Below, piece by piece: positions 23,966 through 37,500 of a stretch of 64,000 bases of DNA; position 1 is the first letter of the stretch, and every line of letters starts with the position of its first letter. A program made the translations under genes and the position numbers. This stretch comes from Eledone cirrhosa (lineage: Eukaryota): positions 246,946,001 through 247,010,000 of the forward strand of contig OZ024742.1 of NCBI GenBank assembly GCA_964016885.1, written 5' to 3'. The notes under the pieces were generated by a model that made no database searches, was not told the origin of the DNA, and saw nothing but the letters and a program-made list of their open reading frames with translations.

Positions 23966-26900
23966 ATGACCTCACTCAGAATAGGCAGCATAAATGCGCG
24001 TGGCTTGGGGTCGTCATGGAAGCAGGGCCACCTGCTTAACGACCTCAGGTCACTAAACATAGATGTAGTGGCCATCAGCGAGACCAGAATCTCCGAAGCA
24101 CAGGCTTTCGCACCGATCTTCGGCGGCTACGATGTGTACGCATCTCCCAGCCGTCCGGGTTCGGGGGGAGGAGTTGCTGTGCTTTTTCGGAGAGGTTTGG
24201 ATCTTGCCATACGGGCCATCTTCCTGGACCCAGAAGGTAAGTTGGTGGTGCTGGACGTGACCAGCAGAGACGGGCAAGCTTTCAGGTTAGTGGCCGTCTA
24301 TGCACCGACAGGAGCAGGGCGGCCTGATTTCTTCCGGCGTCTGGAGACCTTTCTTGGAACGTCCCGCTCTTTAGTATTAGTGGGCTACTGGAACGGGATC
24401 TTAGATGCACGCTGGGATTGTGTGGGATTAGTGGATAGGAAGGAGGGTGCAAGAGTCTCACCAACCTGCTCAGACGTTTTGAACTGTCTGACAGGTACCG
24501 AATGGATTTTCCGAATGTACCAATGTGGACTTGGACAAATCGCATAGGGTCATCCAGATCATATCTAGATAGAGTATTTTGTAGGGAAATAGATAGGTCT
24601 AGCATAGGCTGTCCACAATTCAAGATAGTCAGCTACACGGACCACAAATTCGTGATCTGTGTGCTTGACTTAGATAGGCTTCATAGACGAGGACCCGGCT
24701 ACTGGAAGCTAAACGCGTCCTTACCAGCGCGCAAGGCCTACAGAGACCGGATTAGCGAACTAGTTAAGCGGGCGTTGACGGGGGCCATCGTCAACAACAA
24801 GTGGTGGTTTGCTCTGAAAAGAGCAATTAGAATAGAGTCCATTAGGTTTAGTAAGACTTTAGCAATAGAGAAAAATAGAGCAGAGGGAGAATTAGTTAGA
24901 AAATTAGATGAGGCGCTTAGCAAAGGCATCGCGACCGACGTACTTGCGGCGAAATTGGCCCTTGACCAATTCTTCAATGCAAAGCACGAAGGCTGCGTTG
25001 TCAGAGCTAGGGTGCGTGCTCTCAGACACGAGGGGACGAAAGCCGTTCAATGGGCCCGAGTGGCGGAGGCGCGTCGTGGCAACAAAGCCACGATCCGGTC
25101 TTTGGTGGACCACGACGGGCGCATGCTACTCGATCCCGGGCAAATGTGTGAAGCTTTTCAGCGACACTTCGCTCAACTGTTCGGGGGCAGTGGCGGGCCG
25201 GATCGAGGGATGGACTTTAGTGTCTACCTCGACGGACTGCCGCGGCTTTCGGCCACTGAGGCGGAGTGTTGCGAAAAGCCGATAACAACCGCTGAAGTAC
25301 GGGATGCAATGACTAGTTGCACAAGGGGTAAATCGCCTGGTTTGGATGGTCTGCCCTATGAACTTTACGTACAAATGCCAAACTTGTTCGGAGGCCTCTT
25401 GGCGGACGTCTACTGCAACTGGCAACAGAACGGGAGAGTTCCCAGCTCTGTGAGCCGAGGAGCGGTGGCGCTGCTGAGAAAGGATCCGAACAAGGGGGAT
25501 AACATAGATAATTTTAGGCCCATAACTCTGCTAAACACAGAGTTCAAGATATTGGCCAAGGTGCTAGCAAAGAGGTTGGCGCTTGTCGTTGGTGGTCTGG
25601 TGGGAGAGGCACAGACATGCGCCATTCCCGACAGATCCATCCACGACAACCTCCCCCTCATGCGATACATCGTAGAGAGGGTAGCTAGGGAACCTGGCAC
25701 GGGTGGGTCTTTGATCAATTTAGATCAGTCGAAAGCCTTCGATAGGGTCGACCATCGTTACCTAGCGGCAGTCCTGAGGGCGGCTGGCTTTGGGCCCGTC
25801 TTCAGAGGCTGGATCGCTGCCATGCACAGCGACATCTGCTCTGTAGTGAGAGTGAACGGTCACCTTTCGGAACCGTTCAACATCATGCGCTCGGTCCGCA
25901 AAGGATGTCCCCTCTCGTCCCTATTGTACGTATTGACTCTCGAGCCATTACTGCACAAACTGGAGACGTTGAGGGGGGTCCCGCGCGAACTAGGATGCGG
26001 AAGATCCGTGTCAGCATATGCCGACGATGTCACCGTAGTGGTGTCGAACGCCAAACACATCGAGGCGATCGGCACTACACTAAGAGAATACGAAGCGGTG
26101 ACAGGAGCAATGATCAACCAGGAAAAGTCAGTGGGCCTGCAGCTCGGCACCTGGAGAGGCAGGTCCATGCCATCCAACAGCGACGTCGGGCGCTGGACGG
26201 ACGGACCGGTTAAATTGCTAGGGGTCTGGTTCGGTCCAGACCTCCAGACGGACAAAAACTGGGACGAGGTGACGAGCAGGGTGGCTTCTCTCACCCAGAA
26301 ATGGGCAGAGAGGAAGCTATTCCTGAAAGGTCGAGCGGAGGTGGCGAATGCGTACATCGCATCCGTCATCTACTACCGCCTGACCGTCGTACCTTGTCCT
26401 AAGCCCCGCCTGACTGCGCTGGAGCGTTTGCTCTTTCGCTTCTTGTGGAAGGGACGCGCTCCGATGGTCAGGCGGTCCATCTGCTGTCAACACCCGCTAC
26501 GTGGAGGGCTGGGCATGCCGTGGCTGATGATGCGCAGACACGCGCTCAGGCTACGACATCTCCACCTCTTCCTCGACGGTGATCAGGTGTGGTCGCCGTT
26601 TGCGAGACACGTTTTCCCCCAGCTCGTCTCCTTGACGGAGCTGCAGTCCTGGGTCAAGCGAAGACCGAGAGGGAGCGCTTGGAGACTGGAATGTCTTCAG
26701 GCGCTCACAGCCCTCGACCAATCGGGCAATGTGATCGGTGGAAACTCCACCTTGGCGTTCTATAGGGGATTAGTGGAGGGGAAGAGCGACGACGTACTTG
26801 GAGAAACTCTAGGCGTCGACGAAAATCAACTAGCCAATCTCTTCGGAAGGACTTTCGGGCCGGGGCCTATGGACAACTTCCAGAAATCCCTGGCCTGGCA

Positions 26901-27384
26901 GTGCTACCGAGGAGCTTTGCCAGTTCGGGATAAACTCTACAGGCATGGAAGTGCCGTCAGCCGGGCATGTCCGAGATGCGCGCAGGGCGACGAAACCGTC
27001 CTGCACGCACTCGTCCAGTGTCCGAGCATTGCTGACTTGTGGGTTTATGTCGAACACCTGCTGTCACGTGTAGGACGGATCCAGCTATCAGCTGAGTCCA
27101 TCGTGAGGATTGCCCCGCCCCCTTCCTTTAGCCGGGAAGGGCAGGCAGTTTTTATCTGTCTGGTGGCCATGGCGAAAGAGATAGTATGGTGGACACGTTT
27201 GAAAGGGCTGAAGACGAGCACTTACCTCTTCGGTGATGCCCTGATTAACTTTTTCAAATTTCATTTGAAAAGGAAAATCAGGGTAGAGAGGGAAGTGCTG
27301 TCTTCCCAGCATTTTGTTGAAAGATGGGTGAGAGAAGCAAGTATGGCCCGAATGAATGGGCCTTCTCTGAGTATGTGTCTGTAA
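23966..27384 (+). pseudogene. ORF2 (APE EN + RT + Cys/His) of copy 4; single frameshift near 24445
   Basis: ORFs 23966..24547 and 24502..27384. Motifs INARGL, SETR, VYAP, GYWN (for GDWN), YLDR, TDH, YADD (26017-26028) and CPRC...H...C. Confidence 0.95.
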
Positions 27385-27627
27385 ATTAAAGGTGGAAAAC
27401 TGGGAGAGGGCACTTGCCCTGGTGGTCAGGGCCACTGTGGTCTTTTAATGGGCTTTCTCCACAAATGTCCCTCGGAAGTCTCCCCCCTATTGGGGAATTT
27501 TTCTTTGTTATTTTATTTCAACCTCTGTTTTTTTTACACGCAGAAATGCCCATTTGTACCGTCCTGTATTGTCCTGTACTGTCCTTAATGTCTACTTTAT
27601 GTAAACCCTTGTGTTTAATAAAGAAAA

Positions 27628-27628
<1 letters not shown>

Positions 27629-27664
<36 letters not shown>
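27629..27664. repeat. (ATT)12 tract shared as 3' end by Tx1 copy 4 (+) and the Dong-like element (-)
   Basis: Direct reading of the sequence. Confidence 0.95.
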
Positions 27665-27665
<1 letters not shown>

Positions 27666-28478
27666 CTTGAATCTCACTCATTGAGGTTGGTTAACTGGGA
27701 AGTCCGTTGGAATGAATATCAAGCCACTACCTGCAGCCTCAGATATTCAGGACGTATCGGAAGGTTCTTGCTGTTCCCAGCAAGCATGCCTTTTGAAGCG
27801 TTCCAAAAAGCGTGAAGGGGCCGATTTTCATTAACCATCCCTGGAAACTTTTGGAGATAGTCCCCAGTGCGCCTATGACAATCGGGATCACTTTGACTTC
27901 ATGGCATTTCCAAATCCTTTTTACCTCCCACTTTAACTCCTGGTATCGGTTAATTTTCTCCCTCTCCTTCTCTTGCACTCTCGTGTCGAATGGGCAGGCC
28001 ACATCCACAATCAGACACGATCTTTTTTCTTTGTCCACAACCACCAGGTCAGGTCTATTGTGTTCCAGTTTCTTGTCCGTCTGTATCCTAAAATCCCACA
28101 GCACCTTCACCTGATCGTTTTCTATCACCGACTCTGGCTTATGCTCATACCATTTCTCAGAATGTGGTAAATTGTTTACTTTGCATAGGTGCCAGTGGAT
28201 CACCCTGCCCATCACATCATGTCTCCAGCCCTTATAGTGAGTCTGGGCTAGGTGTTTACACTCGGATACAATGTGAGCCACAGTCTCCTCTCTCTCTCCA
28301 CAGATCCTGCACAGTGGGCTAGCCTCCTCCTTGTAAATATGGTGTTTCAACCACTTCGTTTTGAGGGCCTGCTCCTGCGCAGCCATTAACATTCCTTCTG
28401 TAGCCTTTTTAAGGTCTTCTCTTTTCAACCAGTTCTATGTCTGTGGATCTCTGAATTCAGTTTTCTCAAAGAAGGTAC
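27665..28478 (-). mobile_element. R4/Dong-like non-LTR retrotransposon, 5'-truncated (CCHC + restriction-like endonuclease)
   Basis: ORF 27739..28428 has AAQEQAL, CRICGEREETVAHIVSEC, RHD, NRPDLVVVD...IVDV...EKINRY and QKACLLGTA; ends in (AAT)n. Confidence 0.88.
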
Positions 28479-28486
28479 TATGAAGG

Positions 28487-28949
28487 GATTTTGTCTCTTT
28501 ATAATGTAAAGGTTGCAAGTGGAGAGACACACAAACACACACAGACACACACACATACACCCACACACCCACCCATACACACACACACACATATTATTAT
28601 TATTATTATTAAAATTATTATTATTGTCCTCCTCCTTCTTCTTCTTCTTCTTCTTCTTCTTCTTCTTCTTCTTCTTCTTCTTCTTCTTCTTCTTCTTCTT
28701 CTCCTCCTCCTCCTCCTCCTCCTCCTCCTCCTCCTCCTAATCCCACCTCCTCATCACCCCCCTCCTCCTCCCCCCGTTCCCATTCGCCCCCTGATCCTTC
28801 TCCTCCTCTTCCCTCTGAACCTACTCCTACTTCCACATTCCCCCTCCTCTTTTACCTCTTCCTCCTCCCCATCTCTCCCGCTTCAGTTCATGCACATCTC
28901 TCCTTCTTTCTTCTTCTCTCGGAGTTCTAAGTACCTCTCGTTATTTCAT

Positions 28950-28988
<39 letters not shown>

Positions 28989-29101
28989 GGTGTGTGGGTG
29001 TATATGTGTGTGTCTGTATGTGTGTGTGTCTATGTGTGTGTGTCTGTGTGTGTTTGTGTGTCTCTCCACTTGCAACCTTTACATTATAAAGAGACAAAAT
29101 C
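28487..29101. repeat. ~100-bp inverted duplication (28487-28590 vs ~28955-29101) around (ATT)n/(CTT)n/(CCT)n tracts
   Basis: gattttgtctctttataatgtaaaggttgcaagtggagagacacac and its exact reverse complement ending at 29101. Confidence 0.9.
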
Positions 29102-29239
29102 AGACAACACATTTAACCATTTTCTCTTTCGTGTCTATCGAATTAATTGTTTCAGTTGTTATTTCTCTCTGTACCATCTCTCACGCCTCTCTTATCTCCC
29201 CCTCATCCTCCTCCTCATCATCATACTACTACTACTACG

Positions 29240-29309
<70 letters not shown>

Positions 29310-29491
29310 TGTTCCTAATTGCTTTTTTCGCGGTGTGATGACCGATTTAATGCATTGCACCCCCCCACACATTTTAGCTGTTCACACGATTATAATTACA
29401 AATATCGCTCCACTAATCCACAGCAACCCCACACATACATATATACACAGACACACACATACATATATATATCATAACATATATATACTAT

Positions 29492-29610
29492 GAAGGCGTG
29501 TAGCTGAGTGGTTAGAGAATTGGATTCACAATGTTAAGGTTGTGAGTTCGATTCCTGGACCGGGCGATGCGTTATGTCCTTGGGCAAGACACTTTATTTC
29601 ACGTTGCTCC
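29492..29610 (+). mobile_element. tRNA-derived SINE family B, 5' part
   Basis: A box TAGCTGAGTGG, B box AGTTCGATTCC, body gtccttgggcaagacactttatttcacgttgctcc. Confidence 0.75.
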
Positions 29611-30237
29611 TTCTACCTGGAGTTGCGACCGATAGATAGTACTAGCAACTGGAAAGACCAACGGAAACATTGTTTCCTCGGTCCGATTTGACGAAAGTCG
29701 ATCGATTAAAAAAAAATATATACTATGTATGGTGGCTATGTTTCTCAGTTAAAAAGCTCAATGGATATCTGTCCAGAGTATCATTAATTCAAATTAAAAA
29801 GAAATATATATATATGTATAGTCATATATCGTTAGAAAAACATACCATTTTGTACATATACATGAAAAGCATATAATGTTTAGGAAACACTATGTACTTT
29901 AATGAGGAAAAGTTAATATTCCCAACGTCGCCGTTTCATAGCTCTTAGAACCGGATTGAAAATCGATCTAAGTAATCGATTATCATTTGCCTATTCTCAA
30001 TTTTGTGATAGCGATTTTGGAGACGATGAACTAATCGTCAGAGAAAAAAGCGTCTAGTTATATGATGCAATAAAAGACAACATACCTTTATCTGTCATTT
30101 TCCGAGAAAATAGTCAATCCAGACCACATGAGGTGATTCTATATTTAACAATGACGTTAACTACGGTGACTCCTAAATATTATATGCTTTTTATATATTG
30201 ATTTTAAATTTTAATTCTGTGTGTATTTGTGTGTGTG

Positions 30238-30468
<231 letters not shown>

Positions 30469-30519
30469 ATTGGCTTGGCCGTGTTCTAAAGCTTCGTTAA
30501 TGCTGTACTAAAATTCATA

Positions 30520-30569
<50 letters not shown>

Positions 30570-31051
30570 TATGAATATATATATATAGATGGAGCTATAA
30601 ATGTGAAAAAGCTCCATCTATACCACACACAATAGCACACCACACACACGATAACTATGGTAATACTACAACGCATAACCGGAATATTACTGTATACCCA
30701 CCTGATAGATCCGCTCACTCACCTCACCAGCACAATATAGCGGACTACAACCAACTACCATCTTCCTCATCCTTAATAGGGACTAAGATTTACATACCCA
30801 ATCTAACTAATAGCGTCCAAAACAACCATGATTCCATAAACGCTATATCAAGTATAATTTCACCTACTAGCAACAATTCGGATTATAACCACCCTACCGT
30901 AAACCCTTCTCTCCCAAATAAAAAGGTAAACACAAATACTAGCACTATTATTGAGAATATGGATAGCACATCTGAAACCCTATATGCAAACGGTTGTAAT
31001 TGTAGAATAAAAGATAATTGCCCGTTAAATGGAAATTGCTTAATTAATAAT

Positions 31052-31069
31052 TGTTTCTACTTTTGGCAC
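31052..31069 (-). mobile_element. 18-bp 3'-terminal fragment of SINE family A with 10-bp TSD
   Basis: tgtttctacttttggcac lies between AATTAATAAT copies at 31042-31051 and 31070-31079; removing it restores CLINNIVYKC. Confidence 0.8.
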
Positions 31070-31979
31070 AATTAATAATATAGTATATAAATGTGTAATA
31101 ACCACTAAAGACTCTAATCAATCCTATCTAGGATCCACTTCTAATCCATTTATTATGCACACACCCACAGTTTCCGAAACACAAAATTAGCAAATACCAC
31201 TTCTTTAGCAGAAGCAGTTAATAATTGTAAAACGAAGAATATTAAATATAACCTAACTTGGAAGATTCTTAAGAGAACTATTTCTTATCAGGGCAATAGA
31301 AGGGAGTACGGACTATGTTCCCAAGAAATTTTTGAAATTACTAAATCGAAGGACACTCTATTAAATAAAAGACAAGAATTAATTTTAGTATGTAAACATA
31401 AAATTAGAAGGGCATTCAAATATAATAAATACAACTAAACAAATATAGAAAAAGATATAGGTGAATAAATGTGTGAGTATAGGTGTGTGTGAATCTGTGA
31501 ATATGTGTGTGTATATGTATGTATATGCATAAATGTATGCCTATATATAAACATGTGAGACTATACATGTGTATATATATATTTTTTTATATTATATATT
31601 TTTAGAACAAATTATTCCTCACAACAAAGAAATAACTAACTTTTTAAGATTGTTCTATTCCATTCCACTTGATGTAACACACTAATCTCAGTACCCCTTT
31701 TCCTCCAACCGTAATCTTCTTTGACCATCAATACTTTTATATACAATATGCCTAAACTCATTTACACTAGCAACTTTCATTTCTTTTCTTAAAAGACATT
31801 TGATACCTTATCCACTGATGGCCTATTTATTCATCTACTACCACCAACCTTAAGGATTTATACTGCCCCTTTCCATTCTTAACAATGGTCAATTTCAACC
31901 TGGTTATAAAACCTTACTTATTCATATGTATGTTTTTTTTTGTATTCTTCAATAAACAAAACTCATTATTTCTGAAGAC

Positions 31980-32164
31980 GGCGGTGGATTGGCAGTATCG
32001 GTAGAGAGTCGGACACCATGCTTTGAAGCATAGAGTTACGTCCCTTTATGATTTGAGTTCAAATCTCTCCGAGGTTAACTTTGCCTTTCATCCTTACGGG
32101 TCAATAAAATAAAGTACCAGTAATGTACTGGGTAATTGCTGGCCTTGTGCCTAAAATAGAAACA
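31980..32164 (+). mobile_element. tRNA-derived SINE family A, full length, TSD ATTATTTCTGAAGAC
   Basis: Head GGCGGTGGATTGGCAG, B-box-like GAGTTCAAATC, central gcctttcatccttacgggtcaataaaataaagtacc. TSD at 31965-31979 and 32165-32179. Confidence 0.88.
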
Positions 32165-32300
32165 ATTATTTCTGAAGACGGCAATTAGTGAAGACGTATT
32201 TATCTTTTTCTTACTATGATATTATGTAATATGTTTTACATAGACCAATAATTGAATGAACATACAGGGAACTACCCCCCAGAAACGATCGTAAAATAAT
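32165..32300 (+). ncRNA. hammerhead motif with 103-nt stem II region
   Basis: attattt-CTGAAGA-(32179-32281)-GAAA-cgatcg-TA-aaataat; 7-bp stem I and palindromic stem III. Confidence 0.6.
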
Positions 32301-32392
32301 GTGTTTTACTATGAATTAACAGTTTTGTGTTTAATTTCATTGTTTTAATATTTCTCTCTCTCTCCCTCTCCCTCTCTCTATATATATATGTA

Positions 32393-32470
<78 letters not shown>

Positions 32471-32691
32471 TACAATAGTGACATAAACAAGTCGTTAAGA
32501 ATCGATGGAGTCTGGAGCCCAACTCATTCAGCCTGTCATAATAAAAATAAAAATAAAGATGGGAGAACATTTCATATTTTTGTCTGACAAAATGTGAACT
32601 TTTCTCCCTAAATATGTATGTAAAAACAAATTCTTTTCCCCATATTCTTATTATTCTTATTAATATGCAATTTAATTGCATATATACTTCC

Positions 32692-32728
32692 ATCGTTGAA
32701 AAAGCGTATAAGCTGAAACCGGTACGAT
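32692..32728 (+). ncRNA. hammerhead ribozyme motif, U3-A8 core variant
   Basis: atcg-TTGAAAA-agc-gtataa-gct-GAAA-ccgg-TA-cgat. Confidence 0.7.
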
Positions 32729-32953
32729 TAAATGAGGAAATCCCTATTTTATAAATAAATGTTTTGATGTTACTCTGAGAGAAAGTCCCTTTAGCCTTTT
32801 CTACTGTTTTTTTCCCTTTTTACTATATATATATAATCAAACGTTAATAAGGTTCATTGATTAGTCAATGAATATAGTTTTACAATAGATTCAAAGCAAG
32901 ACTGAAATTAAACCATCAAGACAGTTGAGGTATGTCGTACATCAATTTATGTA

Positions 32954-32993
32954 TTTTATCTGATGAGGACGTACTGAAATATATATAATAAAA
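32954..32993 (+). ncRNA. hammerhead ribozyme motif
   Basis: ttttat-CTGATGA-ggacgtact-GAAA-tatata-TA-ataaaa; stem II is weak. Confidence 0.65.
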
Positions 32994-33901
32994 CATATAT
33001 TTTGATTATGTGAACGTCTTCATTTATTAATATTTTGAATAATATATATATATATATATATATATACAAAACGAATGGCATTGAAATCTTAGAAAGTCGG
33101 ACAATCGGAAGTCCCCCACTCGTTAGCTGTCATCTGGGTGTCGTTGCCGTCTCGGGTGATTTAAAGAGAGAGTAACTTGGGATAAAATTGTAACGATACC
33201 AGGTAAGAGAAATCGATACAATTCGGTGTTATTCAACTAAAATGACTGAGAAAAATGTTGAAAAATGCACATACCAATGCCGATAGAGATGCTCTTAAAC
33301 AACACGCATGAAAAAGACGACAAATAAATATATTGGTAGGTAACCGCAACATCCATATAGTCTGTGATCTATTTCCGTGTCAGTACCAATTGAGTGAATG
33401 TCACCGTCTAAGGACTAATGGTCTGTCCGGCATTCCCGACTGTACTGAAAAATCTGAGACGTGCTCACAAAGAAAAATAGAGAAAAATAATTTTTTCGTT
33501 ACGAAAATATTATTTCATTTGATGACAAGGCCACCATATGTTTAATTTATGTGATTTCATACACAACTCTAGTATACATACATATATATACATATACTAC
33601 GTATGCATATATATTTTCTATGTATATGTATATGTGTGTATAAGCGTGCTAAAAGAGGGATAAGTGAGGGTGCCATGATGCGCTGGAACTTGTTTTAGCA
33701 ATAATGTAATGAAACGAATGTAAACTGGAACAGAACGCAAGCAAACAGAACACAAACTGGCGAAAATATAAAGGAAGAAATGGCGAACATGGCAGACACA
33801 ATAACAAAGAAAGCAACGGGAGGAAGACTGTCGGGGAATCATACTTTAAATTCTACCAAATTAGTTCCAAATTACAGAGGAAACACGAGGTACACATAAA
33901 T

Positions 33902-34050
33902 AATTGTTTCTACTTTTGGCACCAGGACAGTAATTACCCCAGTGCATTACTGGTGCTATATTTTATCGACCTCGTAAGGATGAAAGGCAAAGTTAACCTC
34001 GGTGGGATTTGAACTCAAAACGTAAAGGGTTATAACTCAATGCTGTAAAG
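33902..34050 (-). mobile_element. SINE family A, 5'-truncated
   Basis: Reverse complement of the 31980-32164 body. Confidence 0.85.
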
Positions 34051-34589
34051 TAAAGGTTCTCAACCCATTTCGGCCAAACTTTTGCCCCTCAAAATCACGA
34101 AACGCTCCCCTACCCTATTTTTCCATTTTTCAATATACTACTGATTTTGATATCAGTAGATTACTGGGCCAAATCAAGTTATGTTAGAATCTTTAAAAAA
34201 TACTCGCACGAATTAAATACAAAAGAAGTTCCAGTCCAAAACAAAAGCAAGCTATTTCAAATTATATATTTAAAAAAAAAAAAAAAGATTTGATCTCAGT
34301 CTAAAAAGCTTTTTTTTTTAAATTCTATATTTCATTGTTATTTTGAGTGGATAGACAATTCTACAATTCAAACTGTAAAGTCAAAATACAAAAGATGCAA
34401 AATATGAAGAATTTCTTACCTTTCTCTGAAATCACAAACTCAGGGGAAAAATAGTACCTTGCAAAATAAAATACCTCGTAGCACAATAAAATACTTAGTA
34501 GCAACAAATGAAGTGAGAATGTTGGAGACAGTGAGAAAGCCATATATGTATCCCTTATATATGATGGCTGCAAACTCTGCCAAGAGTAT

Positions 34590-37500
34590 TGCAATCGCTT
34601 GTCAGATTCAGATGTGGGACGGTCGGATATGGCTTTTCAAGTCTGCTAGAGATTGGCATTCCTTCACACACTGACGGCAACTATGGATCTCCCTGGCTTG
34701 AGGTCCTGCATCAGGTTGCCCGTGAACCCTCATAACGCCGTGGAGATCATACTTCACTGGTTCTCTTTAAACATTGCTGCGACTGTGGCTCCTGAGACCA
34801 GATTTGCTCAAGCAAATTTTTCCACACTCAGGGCACTTCAATTCAATGGAGACACCGATCGTTTCGAGAGATACAGCAGGGCATTGCTTACGCACATCCC
34901 GTTTGATCTTCTCGTGCTCTATGCATCTGTCCTCAAAATTATGGACCCCATCATTCACCATTCCACGCCAAGTTTCTCTTTCAAGCGTCTCTATCTCCCA
35001 GTCAGCCATCATCAAACCAGTTTTTTTCAACGAGTCCTTTACACAATCCTTGACTCGGAGCTTTGGCTTGTGAGGTGGTCTCTTACCCTCACAAAGCTCG
35101 CCATACAAGAATTGTTTTGGGATTCGATCATCTTCCATTCTTCAGAGGTGTCCGGTCCATCGCAAACACCGTTGGTGGATGATACTCTCAATGCTCCGAC
35201 ACTCACTTCTCTCATGGACCTCAATATCACTCACATGCATCTGCTACTTGATACCGAGCATCTTTCTGAGACACTGCTGGTGAAACCGTTCCAGTCTGTG
35301 GATATGCCATTTGTAGGCAACCCATGTCTCACATGCATACAGCCTAGCTGACAGTACACATGCAGCATACACTCTCACCTTGGTCCTCATTGTGATTCCG
35401 CGCCTGCACCAAAAACGGCCGTTGAGCCTTCCAAATGACTCACTTTCCTTACTAACACGTAGACCAACTTCTGCATCCAGAGAGCAGGTCACACTCAGAG
35501 TACCCCCAAATATTCAAATGTGTCAGCACCCTTCAGCTTTTGACCGTATACGTGTATGGAGGGTTCATTGAAAACTTTATCCGGAGCAGGTTGGTACATG
35601 GTAACAGTCTTCTTCAGACTGATTGTCAGTACCAAAGCACTGCACACATTGGAAAAAGAATCCATAAGGTATTGCATGTCACTTTGGGAGTGTGCAAAGA
35701 GATCACAATCATCTGCATATAAACATTCTCTGATCAAGTTACTCAGTATCTTAGTGTTGGCAATGAGACGCCTAAGGTTAAACAGCCTGCCGGAAGTGCC
35801 ATATCTAAGATAGATACCATGTTGACAATCCTTGAAGACCATGAAGAACACCATCGCGAAATACAAGGCAAACAAAGTCGGTGCAGGTATATCACCCTGC
35901 TTGACATCATTTCCAACCGAGATTGGCTCAGAGAGTTTACCGCCAACATTCACCATTGCCTGCATGTCATCGTGGAAGAGTTTCAGAATGTTCACAAACA
36001 TTTCAGGACAGCCTAATCTCTCCAAAATATCCCACAAAGACTTACGATTAACGGTGTCAAATGGCCTTGGTCAGATCGACAAAAACTTGGTATAAGTCCA
36101 TGCGCTGCTCAATGCATTTCTCTTGAAGTTGTTTGGCCGAGAAGATCATGACAAAAGTGCCTCTGCCATTCCTAAAGCCACATTGGGACTCAGGAAGTAC
36201 TTCAACAGCAATGTGCTGTATCAATCTGTCCAACAATATCCTGCACAAGATCTTCCCAGCCACAGATAGCAGTGAAATACCTCTGTAGTTGCCACAGTCA
36301 TCTTTTGCTCCCTTTCCTTTGTAAAGTACCACCATCAATGCATCTTTCCAATCCTGTGGCACATCTTCATTCCAAACATTCACAAAGTGAGGCGGTTTAA
36401 GAAGTTATCACCAGCACACTTGAACATTTCGGCACTTAGTCCATCCATTCCAGGTGACTTGCCGCTGTTTAATTTGGCATTGACCTTCGCCACCTCATCA
36501 AATGAAAGTGGATCAGCCATTGCCAGCTTTGTAGGTCTGGATGGAATCGACCGGATGAACTCATCATCAATTTCTGATGGTCTCTTGAGAATCTCATCAG
36601 TGGTCATACCAACTGATCAGGATTTCTTTCGGATCTCTGAGCAATTCCTTGCTGTCCCCGGAGCGAAGTGTTGATATGTGTGAACCGGTAGGGCTATACA
36701 CCTCCCTGAGCAGACTGTATAGCAGTTTTATATCATGTCTATCTGAGGCCTTCTGGATTTCATCATCCTTTTGGCTCCAGCAGAATCCTGCATGGCTCTC
36801 AACCGATGTTGCAGGCGTGCCTTGATCTGCCTGAAGGTCCGGTCACTCCCGTCAGAACGGGTCTCACACAACAATGATGTCAGCACTTTTTGTTTCTCTT
36901 CAAGCAAGGTCTGGATCACTGGATCATTTTCATCGAATCAGTCTTTATGCTTTCTATTGGTATGACACAAAACTCCAGCACTAATATCATAAACGGTTTT
37001 CTTCAATGATTCCCAAGTGTTTTCACATTCCATGAACTCAAGGGACCTCAACAGCTCAGCTCTGACTTTCTCTGTTTTCAGACGAGCCACGTTTAGTTTT
37101 TTTGGAAGTGCAACCTTCTTCCCCCTTACTTTGAGCTTCACAACAAATTGAAACTTGGCGCGTACCAGACGATGATCAGTCCAACATTCCACGCCTCGCA
37201 ATACACGAACCAACGTGATATCCCTGATATCACGCTTTTATCGTTAAAACAAAGTCAATAAGGTGCCACTACTTGGAAACTGGATGCATCCAAGTTGTCT
37301 TATATTTCTCTTTCTGCTGAAAGAGCGTGTTCCAAACAACAAAATCCATCTCAGTGCACATCTGCAACAGAAGTAGGCCATTGTTATTGAACTTACCTAC
37401 TCCATACCTGCCCATCACACTCCAAGCTTCCCAGTCATTACCAACACGTGCATTAAAATCACCAAGGATGACAATCTTGTCTGCATAAGGTATACAATGA

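Larger units (their letters stand above)
21774..27628 (+). mobile_element. Tx1/L1-clade retrotransposon, copy 4, full length, in (ATT)n
   Basis: ORF1, ORF2 and AATAAA at 27617-27622; (ATT)n on both flanks. Confidence 0.93.
30590..32325 (+). mobile_element. decayed Naiad-type PLE 3' portion (GIY-YIG + 3' UTR + hammerhead)
   Basis: Hand translation gives GCNCRIKDNCPLNGNCL (30992-31042), IVYKC...YLGSTSNPF and LLNKRQELILVCKH. Follows (TA)n. Confidence 0.75.
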
